Shown: positions 21,870 to 32,264 of the stretch, one piece after another
How positions within the stretch are numbered: the stretch's first letter is position 1
Layout of the letters: the number at the start of each line of letters is the position of its first letter
NCBI GenBank assembly: GCA_048941265.1
Contig: JBHLNT010000007.1
Location: 1 to 64,000, forward strand
Length of the DNA stretch: 64,000 nt
Origin: Promethearchaeota archaeon
GTDB lineage: Archaea; Asgardarchaeota; Lokiarchaeia; Sigyniarchaeales; SOKP01
Reading direction: 5' to 3'
Position numbers and translations under genes: made by a program
Notes under the pieces: generated by a model
What the model was told of the DNA's origin: nothing
The model's database searches: none
Seen by the model: only the letters and a program-made list of their open reading frames with translations

Positions 21870-22871
21870 GTGAAAAAAATTACAACTATAAAAATTAATG
21901 AACTTGCTCTAGACATTGTAAAAAGAATAATTAGCAATAAAGAGCTATACGGAGCTAAAGTGAATACCTTAAATAATGGATCTACCGTTGTAGATATGAC
22001 AAATGCAGGATGGATTGGCGGAAAATTTGTCGGTGAAATTTGTATGGGGGGGTTAGGTACTGTAGATTTTGCAAGTTATCATATTGACAATCATTATTTA
22101 CCCTCTGTTACAGTACATACTTCTCATCCTATAATTTCTTGTTTGGCTTCTCAATTGGCGGGTTGGAGTGTTAAATTAAAAAAAGAAGTTGAAAAAGATG
22201 GAAATATAAAAAAAAAGGTAGTTTTTCAATCTTTAGGTTCTGGACCAGCGAGAGCTAAAAGTAAAAGTGAAAAGTTATTTGAAGAAATCAATTATACAGA
22301 TGATTCAGACTGTGCTGTTATTGTATTCGAAACACGCACTATGCCAAATGAAGAAGTAATGGCAATTGTAGCCGATAAATGCAAAATCGCAGTGGAAAAA
22401 ACTTATGCAATATGTGCACCCACCGCATGTTTAGTAGGTTCAATTCAAGTTGCCGCGCGTATTGTAGAAACAGGAATCCATAAATTACATGAAATTCATT
22501 TTCCACTTGAAGTTCTTCAAGAAGGTTTTGGAACTGTACCAGTGGCTCCTGTGGCTAAAGATGATTTTGCTGCAATGGGACCTCCTAATGATGCTATGTT
22601 TGCTGCAGGTAACACTTTTTATACTATTAGAGCTGAAAAGGAGAAAGAGGCAGAATTATTTGAGCTATTAAAAAAGGCCCCGGCAAGTACTTCTTCTAGC
22701 TATGGACAACCCTTTAACGTAATTTTCAAAGAAGCCGAATATGATTTTTATAAAATCGATCCTGGTTTATTTGCTCCTGCAATTTATACTGTAAATAATA
22801 TAAAAACTGGAAAGACAATTACGGTTGGACAAATTAATCAAAATTTATTAAAAGAGTCCTTTAATTTGTAA
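21870..22871 (+). CDS. mch: Methenyl-H4MPT cyclohydrolase
   Basis: CMGGLG, CLASQLAGW, GSGPARA, APTACLVGSIQVAARIVETG, DFYKIDPGLFAPA. Confidence 0.93.
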   Translation: MKKITTIKINELALDIVKRIISNKELYGAKVNTLNNGSTVVDMTNAGWIGGKFVGEICMGGLGTVDFASYHIDNHYLPSVTVHTSHPIISCLASQLAGWSVKLKKEVEKDGNIKKKVVFQSLGSGPARAKSKSEKLFEEINYTDDSDCAVIVFETRTMPNEEVMAIVADKCKIAVEKTYAICAPTACLVGSIQVAARIVETGIHKLHEIHFPLEVLQEGFGTVPVAPVAKDDFAAMGPPNDAMFAAGNTFYTIRAEKEKEAELFELLKKAPASTSSSYGQPFNVIFKEAEYDFYKIDPGLFAPAIYTVNNIKTGKTITVGQINQNLLKESFNL

Positions 22872-22950
22872 TTCAAGATAATTATATTAACAAATTTATT
22901 TTTTAAAGAATTTTTTTTATACAAATAATCTTTTACTTATTGATTAATTT

Positions 22951-24288
22951 TTAAATATTTGTTAATTCTTCTTGGTATTTTAAAATTTCAGCTATGCTGA
23001 CATCCCTATCAAATTCAATCTTTTGAGAGATTCCTAAATATGCACAAGCAAGATTAGCCGCTGCTGCTATTTCTGCTTTTTTCAGAGAAGTTGAATATTC
23101 ATCTCCAGGTTCATTTATTTTTTCTCTTAAGGCTGATAATTTTTCTAAAATTTTTCTTTTCTCTTGTTCTAAATGTAGTTTTTGATCGTTTAAAGAATCA
23201 ATTTCAATATATATTTTCCTTGTTGGTTTAAGTTGTTGTTTTCTTTTCAACTCATTTATTTTCTCCATTATACTAATTCGTTCTTCTTCAATTTGAGATT
23301 TACGTTCTTGTTCTAATTGATACTGATGTTCATGTTCTTCTTGAAGTTGAGTTACTCTTTCTGTTTTCATTTTAAATAATAATGAGGCCATTTTATCTGC
23401 AACAATAAACGGTAACTGGTTTTTCATTACTAATCTTGTTATATTATTTACGTCAAAATAGTTTAAATTTTTATATTTTGACCTTAAATAATTTTTAAGG
23501 TTATCAGTATTTCTTTCGCACTCAATTTGAGTCCAATCATGGATTGCTAATCTTCTCCTGAAAAAAATCATTTCCCAATCTATTTCAAGTTCTTTTAACA
23601 GTTCAAAAATTTTGTCATCGTCCGCTGTTTTTGATTCTATGGTAATATACAATTGAAGGCCATAATACTTATGCTCTTGCTGGAGAAAATAGCCTCTCTG
23701 CTGCATAGATGCTAGAATTTTAAGTTTTATTGAAAATATATTATCTGAAATATTTTTTCTTCCACAATTTAAATAAATTACATTTCCCTCTTCATTAACA
23801 TATTCGCGATCTAAAAAACCCAGTATACTCTCATCATTTTCTTTAATAAAATCTATTAAACCACTTAGGGTGGGTTTAACATCAAACTTAACTAAATCTT
23901 TCTCATTTATTGTAACATAGTCGTTTTTACTGCCGCCTATCCCTAATTTGACACTATATAGATTCAAATCTTTGTCACTACCAAAAACATTTCTCAGTGC
24001 CTCGTTTATCGGAACTACTTCTTCTTCAATAATTTTAATATCGGCCATAGAAGACTCATATGGCTCGGGATCATTTAAGAATTTATTTAACAGGGGAGCC
24101 TCAGATGCATCAACTTCTATATCATATTCCTTAGCAAGATTTTTTCGAATGATACAAAGAGCTCTTTCACCCTTTTTATACATTGATAAAGAAGTGCTAT
24201 CATTAACAACTGCCCTAAAACCATCACTGTCTTTACTCTCGGTACTATCTGATCTAGTTCTTCTTCTTCTCATCAAATATAAACTCAT
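22951..24288 (-). CDS. Hypothetical protein with C-terminal coiled coil
   Basis: 445-aa ORF with an Arg-rich N-terminus and an E/Q/K-rich heptad region; no recognised family. Confidence 0.7.
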   Translation of the reverse strand: MSLYLMRRRRTRSDSTESKDSDGFRAVVNDSTSLSMYKKGERALCIIRKNLAKEYDIEVDASEAPLLNKFLNDPEPYESSMADIKIIEEEVVPINEALRNVFGSDKDLNLYSVKLGIGGSKNDYVTINEKDLVKFDVKPTLSGLIDFIKENDESILGFLDREYVNEEGNVIYLNCGRKNISDNIFSIKLKILASMQQRGYFLQQEHKYYGLQLYITIESKTADDDKIFELLKELEIDWEMIFFRRRLAIHDWTQIECERNTDNLKNYLRSKYKNLNYFDVNNITRLVMKNQLPFIVADKMASLLFKMKTERVTQLQEEHEHQYQLEQERKSQIEEERISIMEKINELKRKQQLKPTRKIYIEIDSLNDQKLHLEQEKRKILEKLSALREKINEPGDEYSTSLKKAEIAAAANLACAYLGISQKIEFDRDVSIAEILKYQEELTNI

Positions 24289-24472
24289 TAAATATTTAAA
24301 ATCATATCTAGCTAATTAAAATAAAAAAATTTTGTCTTAAATTCTTATCTAAAATATAATATAAATTTCTATATTAAAAGAGATTGGATTCTTAACCAAT
24401 ATAATAAGAGTTCTTAATATCTTATTAAATAGAATGTAATATTACGTATTAAAATTAGGTTTGTAACCTTTA

Positions 24473-24643
24473 TCATTCTTCTAAAATAAAATCCTCTCCC
24501 CTCTTGATATATACGATGGTAGAACCAAAATTATTACGGACGGTATATTTTTCCCCTTGAACTTCTACAAGCTCGATAGAATACGGTAATCTTCTCTTTT
24601 TAATTATCTCTTCTATAATTTTTTTATCTTCTTCTGGCTTCAT
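24473..24643 (-). CDS. Small hypothetical protein (56 aa), below the ORF-track cutoff
   Basis: ATG at 24643; reads MKPEEDKKIIEEIIKKRRLPYSIELVEVQGEKYTVRNNFGSTIVYIKRGEDFILEE; TGA at 24475-24473. GC is higher than the flanks and the composition is protein-like. Confidence 0.7.
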   Translation of the reverse strand: MKPEEDKKIIEEIIKKRRLPYSIELVEVQGEKYTVRNNFGSTIVYIKRGEDFILEE

Positions 24644-24777
24644 TTCAAATATTCTCTGTTTAATGATTATTATAAATAATATATATAACCAAAAAAAATT
24701 TTGCTTTTAAACAAAAATTTAATAAAACCTAAGAATTAATTAATTATCATTATCAAATGCTTTCATTTAGTGACTAA

Positions 24778-25824
24778 ATGATGGTTGAAGAAATGCCAAA
24801 AGAGAAAAGATGGACTCTTATCATTCTTATCGGATGTTTGTCAATGTTTATGGCAGAAGTATTTGCTGGGGCTTCTCAACTTTGGTTTATTGACCCATGG
24901 TCTTTAATAGTTACTTATTGGCTTTACTTAGGACACTTATTATTATTTCTGAACTTAGCTTTTCGCACTAAACGTACCTCGATACCACAATTATATCTAT
25001 GGGGCGTATTATTTGGTCTATATGAATCTTGGATCACTAAAGTACTGTGGTTTGGGTATCCTGGAGCTGAAGGTCCCGCAATGGGTTTGGTTGGAGGAAT
25101 TGCCATTTTAGAGTTTTTTACCTTAGTTTTTTTCTGGCATCCAATTCTCGCATTTGTAATGCCCATTCTTGTATTTGAGGCTTTTGCGAAATCCCAAGAT
25201 TCTGACCTTGTATTGGAAAGAAAAATATTCATTAGCCATTTACCTTACTTGAATAAAAAAAAAAAGAAAACCCTCGTATTCTTAATATTTCTGATTTTGG
25301 CGGGTTCTGCCTTTCTTTCATTAAATACTGGATATAATCTCCCTGTAGCGGCTTTAGCAATATTAGGAAGTATTGTTTTAATATTTTTATTTTATAAAAT
25401 TTCGAGTAGAAGATGTTCAAATAATTTTTCTATCTATACACTAAAATTAGGGAAAAAAGGCTTTAGTATTGTTATTATTTATCTATCATTATTGTATATC
25501 ATAACTTTTTTCCTTCTACTTCCCGAAAGACTTCCTACATCTATAATACCCTATTTGATAATCATCGGATTTTATATATTTATAGGGGCTATACTTCGAA
25601 TTAGCAAACCGATAGATGAGACAAAAATTGGAATGAGAGAAGATATCGAAATCTATGATTCAAAGTTTTTTTTTAGATTTTTTGGGTTATTATTAATCTT
25701 AGTTATCATATTTTGTTTAATACCAATAATCGGTTTGATAGTTGCAATAATGATCTTTTTAAGTTTATTCATTATAGGACCAATAATTTTTGTAATATTT
25801 CTTATAAAAGCCCTTAAGAAATAG
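24778..25824 (+). CDS. Polytopic membrane protein, unknown function
   Basis: About 10 hydrophobic segments; GVLFGLYESWITKVLW and FFWHP motifs. Confidence 0.7.
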   Translation: MMVEEMPKEKRWTLIILIGCLSMFMAEVFAGASQLWFIDPWSLIVTYWLYLGHLLLFLNLAFRTKRTSIPQLYLWGVLFGLYESWITKVLWFGYPGAEGPAMGLVGGIAILEFFTLVFFWHPILAFVMPILVFEAFAKSQDSDLVLERKIFISHLPYLNKKKKKTLVFLIFLILAGSAFLSLNTGYNLPVAALAILGSIVLIFLFYKISSRRCSNNFSIYTLKLGKKGFSIVIIYLSLLYIITFFLLLPERLPTSIIPYLIIIGFYIFIGAILRISKPIDETKIGMREDIEIYDSKFFFRFFGLLLILVIIFCLIPIIGLIVAIMIFLSLFIIGPIIFVIFLIKALKK

Positions 25825-26020
25825 TATAGAGATATTATATTTTCTTTAATAAATTTTGGTCTACAATTTTTTTTAAAATAAAAATAAACTCTTGCTAGTA
25901 GAAATTGGAATTGTCTTATTAAAAAATTAAGAATTTTTTATTAAAAGATAATTAATTTAAACAAATATTCATCTAATTAAAATAACACAAATTTTTCATT
26001 TTTATAAATGGGATATTTTT

Positions 26021-27259
26021 ATGGCCAAACAAGTACTCGACATTGGATTCTTTAGCATTATGTACAATCAGACCAATGGAACAGCCCATGCAGTAAGGTT
26101 TCTTTCAGAGGAAATCGCAAAATTAGGCCATAACGTTCATGTTTTTGCTCCCAAAATTCAAAATGGCTATATTAAACCCAAAAATTTATACTTTCATGAT
26201 GTAGGAGGGGGAACAGTCTCTTCCAAAACGGGATTCGTTATAAGTGTACCAGTACATAAGTATTTTTTTTGCAAACATGATTATTTAGATATAGCACATA
26301 TTCATACACATGCAACAATAGGGGGTCTGGCTATAAACTGGGCTAAATATTTAGGAATCCCAATGGTTGGTACCCATAACAGTCCATTACAGTTTTACAT
26401 GGCACAATATGTACCAGTTATAGGAAAACTTCTCACTAAATTCCCTTTGGCATGGAAATATGAGCGCCATATGCTTGAAAAATATGACTTAACTGCTGTT
26501 GCAACGAAATCCAAAAAAGAGTTATTATTGGAACATTGGTTTAAAGAACCGATTATTACACTCTCAAATGGGGTTCATGATCTTTACTATCAAGAATTAA
26601 AGGAAAATGGAATACGAGATAAGTATGGATTAGGGGATAAAAAGGTGTTATTATACGCTTCTCGAATGTCTCCTGAAAAACATATGGTTAGCATTATTAG
26701 GAAATTTAAGTCTATTCATAAGATAGTACCAGATTCCCATTTATTAATTGTAGGAAGCGAGGGACCATCATCTAAATTGTTAAAAAGCTTAGCAAATAAA
26801 TTAGATTATGTTAGTTGTGCTGGAAGGGTTCCTTTTATTGATTTATTAAAGCTATTTAACACGGCTGACCTTTCCTGTCTTTGGTCATGGGTAGAAGCAG
26901 AAGGATTAGTATTGATTGAAGCAATGGCTCAAGGAACCCCAAATATTGGAGCAAATGGCTATGGGATTAGGGATGTAATTGTAAATGGAAAAACAGGATA
27001 TCTTGCTAATAATCTTAATGAATTTAAAGATTGTGCCGTCAAATTGTTTAAAGACGACGATCTTAGAGCAGAATTTGGTAAGAATGCAAAATTAGCGGCT
27101 GAAAAATATAGAATCAGCAGGGTCGCTGAAAATTGGATAAAACTCTATAAATTTGTTATAAATGATTTGTATCCTCTTCGATATCACGACGTAGAGAGGA
27201 AAAGACGTGTTGAATTGGTTAAAGAATTCATTTGTCAATTACCAAATGTAGGTTTTTAA
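26021..27259 (+). CDS. Glycosyltransferase family 4 (GT-B)
   Basis: GHNVHVFAP, HIHT, GTHN, SRMSPEK, EAEGLVLIEAMAQGTP, NGKTGYL. Confidence 0.9.
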   Translation: MAKQVLDIGFFSIMYNQTNGTAHAVRFLSEEIAKLGHNVHVFAPKIQNGYIKPKNLYFHDVGGGTVSSKTGFVISVPVHKYFFCKHDYLDIAHIHTHATIGGLAINWAKYLGIPMVGTHNSPLQFYMAQYVPVIGKLLTKFPLAWKYERHMLEKYDLTAVATKSKKELLLEHWFKEPIITLSNGVHDLYYQELKENGIRDKYGLGDKKVLLYASRMSPEKHMVSIIRKFKSIHKIVPDSHLLIVGSEGPSSKLLKSLANKLDYVSCAGRVPFIDLLKLFNTADLSCLWSWVEAEGLVLIEAMAQGTPNIGANGYGIRDVIVNGKTGYLANNLNEFKDCAVKLFKDDDLRAEFGKNAKLAAEKYRISRVAENWIKLYKFVINDLYPLRYHDVERKRRVELVKEFICQLPNVGF

Positions 27260-27373
27260 ATTCTTTTATTTTAAATCTTAGTATAAATTTTACTTCATTA
27301 ATTCATAGTTTTTATGCTATCTTTAATTTTATAAGTTATATATCATATTTTAAAAACAAACTTATTTATTAAC

Positions 27374-28429
27374 ATGTCAGATGTCCCTAAAAATAGCGAA
27401 GAAATAAGTAAAGAACGTAAGAAATTAAGGAAGTCTATGGATGAATTAAAAGAGCAAGAAAAATTAGACAAAGAATTTATCCCACATTTTTTTCCAACTT
27501 ATAGAATTTCCCGGAGACTATATCCACTCCCTATAATTATAGTAGTTATATGTGCAGGTTTATTAGCTTATGCAACTTATGTAATGGCAGGGATCCAAAT
27601 TGAGGGAGGTTATGTCTCAGAATCAGAATATGGCTTTGCAGCAGGATTAATAAATGGTTTAATTTTTACGGCAATGGCCGCGATTTCTTCATTTATTATT
27701 ATTTTTGTAGTTAAAAGAAAAGGAATTGAAGTATTAAAATATATTTTTGGGATCGTATTTGGCTTTATTATGTTTTTTTTAACTCTCTTTTTTGGTCAGA
27801 TTTTGTTGTATTTGTTTTTCTATAATAAGCCCGAAACGGAAGCGGTGATAACTAGTTATTACATTAGCTATTATGTCCTTTTAATCGGAACAGGAGCCCT
27901 CACAATATTAATGATTTACAAATACTTTACTACTTTTTCCTTACTTACAAAAAATTTGATTGTGTTATATCTTGGTTTATTAATTGGAGCTTTACTTGGA
28001 GTAATGATGCCTCTCTGGACCACTCTTGCAGTATTAATTGGTATTTCATGCTGGGACATCTATGCAGTAAAGTCTAAAAGAGGTCCAATTAGAAATATGA
28101 TTGATATTGCTTCTAAAGGAAATTTGGATGAAGATTTATCTGAGGAGGAATTAAAAGAAAAATTAAAAAGCGGGGAAATTGCCTATGATACTTCTAAATT
28201 AGAGATTGGAATAGGAGATTTAGCATTCTATAGTATGCTTACCACCAGTGCTCTAATAATCACAGAATATTTAATTGTTATGATTCTCACATCAATAGCT
28301 ATTATAATTGGAACAGGAATAACCATTCAAGGTCTTAAAAAAAATAAAATCCTGCCTGGACTTCCCATCTCAATTTTCTTAGGAATCGGTACTATGTTAA
28401 TCTCATGGTATCTGATTAGTCTCATTTAA
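27374..28429 (+). CDS. Presenilin-like GxGD intramembrane aspartyl protease
   Basis: WDIYAV...GPI, IGIGDLAFY and PGLPISI motifs; about 9 TM. Confidence 0.92.
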   Translation: MSDVPKNSEEISKERKKLRKSMDELKEQEKLDKEFIPHFFPTYRISRRLYPLPIIIVVICAGLLAYATYVMAGIQIEGGYVSESEYGFAAGLINGLIFTAMAAISSFIIIFVVKRKGIEVLKYIFGIVFGFIMFFLTLFFGQILLYLFFYNKPETEAVITSYYISYYVLLIGTGALTILMIYKYFTTFSLLTKNLIVLYLGLLIGALLGVMMPLWTTLAVLIGISCWDIYAVKSKRGPIRNMIDIASKGNLDEDLSEEELKEKLKSGEIAYDTSKLEIGIGDLAFYSMLTTSALIITEYLIVMILTSIAIIIGTGITIQGLKKNKILPGLPISIFLGIGTMLISWYLISLI

Positions 28430-28652
28430 ATACTTCTTTTTTTTTGGGTAAATACGGGATATTAATCTATTTAGGATAGAACAATTAACATAATGTTATA
28501 ATTCTCAAAAGTTTTATTATCGAGCAAGTTCAGAATAATTTGGATATAAATTTCATTAATTTTACTTTCAAGAGCTTTAAATGTTGATTCAATATTAGAT
28601 TTTTAAACTAAACTCAATTAAATTTTTAAAATTTGCAAATTAATAATTAATT

Positions 28653-29837
28653 ATGGTTGATATAGATAAAATAAATAATATAACTGTTGTAGGATCCGGA
28701 GTTATGGGTCGGGAAATCGCTCAAGTTGCACTTATGGCTGGTTTTAAGAAGGTTACTTCATATAGTAGATCCCAAGAAACCCTCAATAAAGCAGTTAAAT
28801 TTATAGAAGACGGCTTAAAGAAAATGAAATCAAAAAAAATGATCGCAGAGGGAACATCCATAGATTCACTAATGAAAAATCACTTTACAGAAAGAGATCT
28901 ACAAAAAGCAGTTGAAGATGCTGATTTTGTGTTTGAATCTGTTCCAGAAGTTATGGAACTTAAGCAAGATATTTTTAATAAATTAGGAGAATATACGCCT
29001 AAACACACCATTCTCGCAACAAATACTTCTACAATGAGTATTACAAAAATCGCAGAAAAATCAAATAGACCAGAAAAAGTAATTGGAATGCATTTCTTTA
29101 CTCCTATTCCTGTATTGCGCCTAATTGAAATAATCAAGGGAGAAAAAACTTCAGATGATACTGTTCAAACGGCTTTAGAGGTTGGAAAAAAGCTTCCTGC
29201 TTTAAGAGGTGAAAGATACCTCCCTGTGATTCAAAAAGAAACCCCTGGTTTTATTGTAAACCGGCTTGGTATTTGTGGTAGTCTTTATTTAAATTGGCTT
29301 TTAGATTATGCCACTGAAAATAATATTCCATTAGAACAAATAGATGCCGATTTAGGAAAAAGCTCAAATTTAGGAGTATTCGCAAGATGGGATTATTTTG
29401 GGCTGGATACTATTTATAACGTTGCAGTATATTTTGCCGAAACTCTCTCTCCTGAGTTTGCACCTGGAAAAATTCTTACAAAACTCGTGAAAGAAGGAAA
29501 TTTGGGAAAAAAGACGGGCAAAGGGCTTTATGAATGGAAAGATGGCAACCCAGTTTTAGATTGGTCTAAAAAGGCTAAACTTTTTGATATAGAACTTTCT
29601 ATAGCAATTCAATTAAATGAAGCATGCCGCCTATTAGAAGAAGGAGTAGTCTCAAGTTGCAAAATGATCGATGAGACTATGTTAGCAGGAATGGGTAGAC
29701 CTGGACCCTTTGCGTTAGGTGTAAAAAATTATAAAAAATGGACTAAATTTCTAGAAGATTTTTGTGAAAAAACTGGAATTGAATATCTTAAACCCTGTAA
29801 GCTCTTAAAATCTGGTGAATTCCTTAAAATGGAGTAA
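28653..29837 (+). CDS. 3-hydroxyacyl-CoA dehydrogenase (duplicated C-terminal domain)
   Basis: VVGSGVMG, ESVPE, ATNTST, GMHFF, PGFIVNR, LGKKTGKGLY, NEACRLLEEGV. Confidence 0.93.
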   Translation: MVDIDKINNITVVGSGVMGREIAQVALMAGFKKVTSYSRSQETLNKAVKFIEDGLKKMKSKKMIAEGTSIDSLMKNHFTERDLQKAVEDADFVFESVPEVMELKQDIFNKLGEYTPKHTILATNTSTMSITKIAEKSNRPEKVIGMHFFTPIPVLRLIEIIKGEKTSDDTVQTALEVGKKLPALRGERYLPVIQKETPGFIVNRLGICGSLYLNWLLDYATENNIPLEQIDADLGKSSNLGVFARWDYFGLDTIYNVAVYFAETLSPEFAPGKILTKLVKEGNLGKKTGKGLYEWKDGNPVLDWSKKAKLFDIELSIAIQLNEACRLLEEGVVSSCKMIDETMLAGMGRPGPFALGVKNYKKWTKFLEDFCEKTGIEYLKPCKLLKSGEFLKME

Positions 29838-29983
29838 TATTTACTTCCTTACTTTAAAATTTTTTATACTCTTTTCTAAATTTTTAAAAAATCCCTTAAA
29901 AAATATATTCATAATATTAATAGTTTATATCATCACATGTGTTAACTTTAGAATAATGATTTATTTTCAGGTGAAAGCTAAAA

Positions 29984-31174
29984 ATGGTTGATATTAGTAA
30001 TATCAAAAAGATTAGTGTAGTTGGAGCAGGAATAATGGGTCAAGGGATTGCCCAGGTATCATTAATGGCTGGTTATAATGTTTCTTTAATTGATATTGAT
30101 CAAAAATCGGTTGATAATGGTATTGCTAAAATTAAAGAAGGACTAAAAAAAGTTGAAATTAAAGGAAAATTAGGAGAAGGGATTTCTACAGCAGATATAA
30201 TGACAAAATGTAAAAAATCTATTGATCTAACATCTGCAGTCAAAGAAGCGGATTTGGTTTTTGAAGCAGTTGTTGAAGATTTAGATGTTAAAAAAGATGT
30301 ATGTAATATTGTCATGAATAATGCCCCTTCTCACTGTATATTTGCCTCAAATACTTCTACATATTATATAACAGATATTGCAAAAGATTCAAAAACTCCT
30401 GAGCAAGTAATCGGAATGCACTTTTTCTTACCAGTTGTCCTTCAGTGCTGTGTTGAGGTGATGAAAGGTGAAAAAACCTCTGATGAAGCTTTAGATATTG
30501 GTGTAGCTATTGGTGAAAGGTTACCATGCCTTAAAGGAAGAAGACTTTCTGTCCGTATTGAAAAAGAAAGTCCGGGATTTATTGCTAATAGGTTGTTAAT
30601 CCCACCAAATATTTATATTAATTGGATACTTGATCATGCTTACGAAAGAGGTATCCCATGGGAACAAATTGATGCCGATGCTGGTGCAGGACAATTAATA
30701 CCAATGGGGCCGTGCCAATTAATCGATTATCTCGGAGTAGATACTAATTACAATGTTTTAAAAAGTTATGAAAAGCATTTATCACCCGATTTCTCGCCAG
30801 GTAAAGTGATTACCAAATTAATGAAAGAAGGGAATTTAGGAAAAAAAACGGGAATGGGATTTTACAATTGGACAAAAGGAAGACCAAAATTAAATTTAAC
30901 TAAAAAGGCTGGTTTATTTAATCCTGAAATCCTCATGGCTATCCAACTCAACGAGGGTTGTAGGTTATTGGAAGAAGGCGTAGTTTCAGGTTATAAAATA
31001 ATTGATGATGTCATGTTAAAGGGAACAAACATGCCTGGTCCGTTTAGTGCCGGTAAAAATAATTTTGAAAAATGGTCTAAATTATTGGAAGACATTGTAG
31101 AAAAAACAGGAAAAAAGTATTTAAAACCTTGCGAATTAATGAAAACTGGAGAATTTCGTAAAATGCGAAAATAA
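29984..31174 (+). CDS. 3-hydroxyacyl-CoA dehydrogenase (tandem paralog)
   Basis: VVGAGIMG, EAVVE, ASNTST, GMHFF, PGFIANR, LGKKTGMGFY. Confidence 0.93.
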   Translation: MVDISNIKKISVVGAGIMGQGIAQVSLMAGYNVSLIDIDQKSVDNGIAKIKEGLKKVEIKGKLGEGISTADIMTKCKKSIDLTSAVKEADLVFEAVVEDLDVKKDVCNIVMNNAPSHCIFASNTSTYYITDIAKDSKTPEQVIGMHFFLPVVLQCCVEVMKGEKTSDEALDIGVAIGERLPCLKGRRLSVRIEKESPGFIANRLLIPPNIYINWILDHAYERGIPWEQIDADAGAGQLIPMGPCQLIDYLGVDTNYNVLKSYEKHLSPDFSPGKVITKLMKEGNLGKKTGMGFYNWTKGRPKLNLTKKAGLFNPEILMAIQLNEGCRLLEEGVVSGYKIIDDVMLKGTNMPGPFSAGKNNFEKWSKLLEDIVEKTGKKYLKPCELMKTGEFRKMRK

Positions 31175-31233
31175 AACAATTAAAATATCAAAATATTTAT
31201 TTTATTATTAAACGAATTCTATAATGAGAAAAG

Positions 31234-31527
31234 GTGGAAAGGAATATTCCTTTTGAAACTCAAGATAATTCACCAAAAACTGGATTTGAAAAAATATTAA
31301 ATTTTTTCAATAAAGATCTTGAAATTAATCATCCAATCGCCATTGCAGAGGTTGTAGATAAAACTGGTTTTTCTTGGAGTTTTGTTAAAAAGACTTTAAA
31401 AAAATTAAAAGAAGAAGAATATTGCGGTTTTCATTTTGAAAAATCAGGTAATACGTGGATCGTTTGGAAAGATCGAGATAAAATTTTACCAAAAATGGAT
31501 GATACTTGCTCTCGATTTTTAGAATAA
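31234..31527 (+). CDS. Small winged-helix DNA-binding protein
   Basis: IAIAEVVDKTGFSWSFVKKTLKKL HTH followed by a beta-wing. Confidence 0.65.
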   Translation: MERNIPFETQDNSPKTGFEKILNFFNKDLEINHPIAIAEVVDKTGFSWSFVKKTLKKLKEEEYCGFHFEKSGNTWIVWKDRDKILPKMDDTCSRFLE

Positions 31528-31565
31528 TGCATTTTAAATTTAGAAACAAGATGATCTGAAACTAA

Positions 31566-32045
31566 ATGAATGATGATCTATATAAAGAAAAGATCTTTTT
31601 GAAAGCCACAACGATATCTCTTGCGATAGTTACATTAATATTCCTATTATTATTAATTTCTGAAATTTTGTTTACTAAGAATATCTTTTTAACTGTGTTG
31701 GTCTTTTTTCTGTTCGTTGGATTCATACTACTCACATTTAATTTCAATACCCTAACCATAAGAATAAATCCACATTTTATAAAAATTGCTTATGGAATTT
31801 TTAATCGCACGACAAGTTGGGAAAATATCAGAGATTGTTATTTAGATAACGTCTCGAATTTACGCTATGGTGGCTTAGGTATACGATATGCGCGTGTTAA
31901 AGGCAAATGGAGAGTTATATACAATACATATAATACAGCAAGAGTAGTACTTGTTTTAAGGAAAGGAAAAATTAAAGAAATTGTTTTTTCAACTAAGAAT
32001 CCCGAAGAAGCTATGAAATTAATTAATCAACAAATCAGAAAATAA
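31566..32045 (+). CDS. Two-TM membrane protein with bacterial PH-like domain
   Basis: Two TMs, then LTIRI...YGGLGIR...IVFSTKNPEE pattern. Confidence 0.7.
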   Translation: MNDDLYKEKIFLKATTISLAIVTLIFLLLLISEILFTKNIFLTVLVFFLFVGFILLTFNFNTLTIRINPHFIKIAYGIFNRTTSWENIRDCYLDNVSNLRYGGLGIRYARVKGKWRVIYNTYNTARVVLVLRKGKIKEIVFSTKNPEEAMKLINQQIRK

Positions 32046-32264
32046 AATTATCACTTTAACTAATGTTTCCGAGCACTTGACAGTTTTTTTTCCATACAAA
32101 TTATATAAATATTGATGCAGCTATGTAGGATTAATGAGTCCAGTGAAATTTTTGGAATAATGTAATTTAATTACTATTTTCGCAGTTATAACTCTAGTTT
32201 ATGCTTTCCTTAAGCGATAAAATGCACTAAAAGTTTATAAATATAAATAGCATATTCAAAAATT

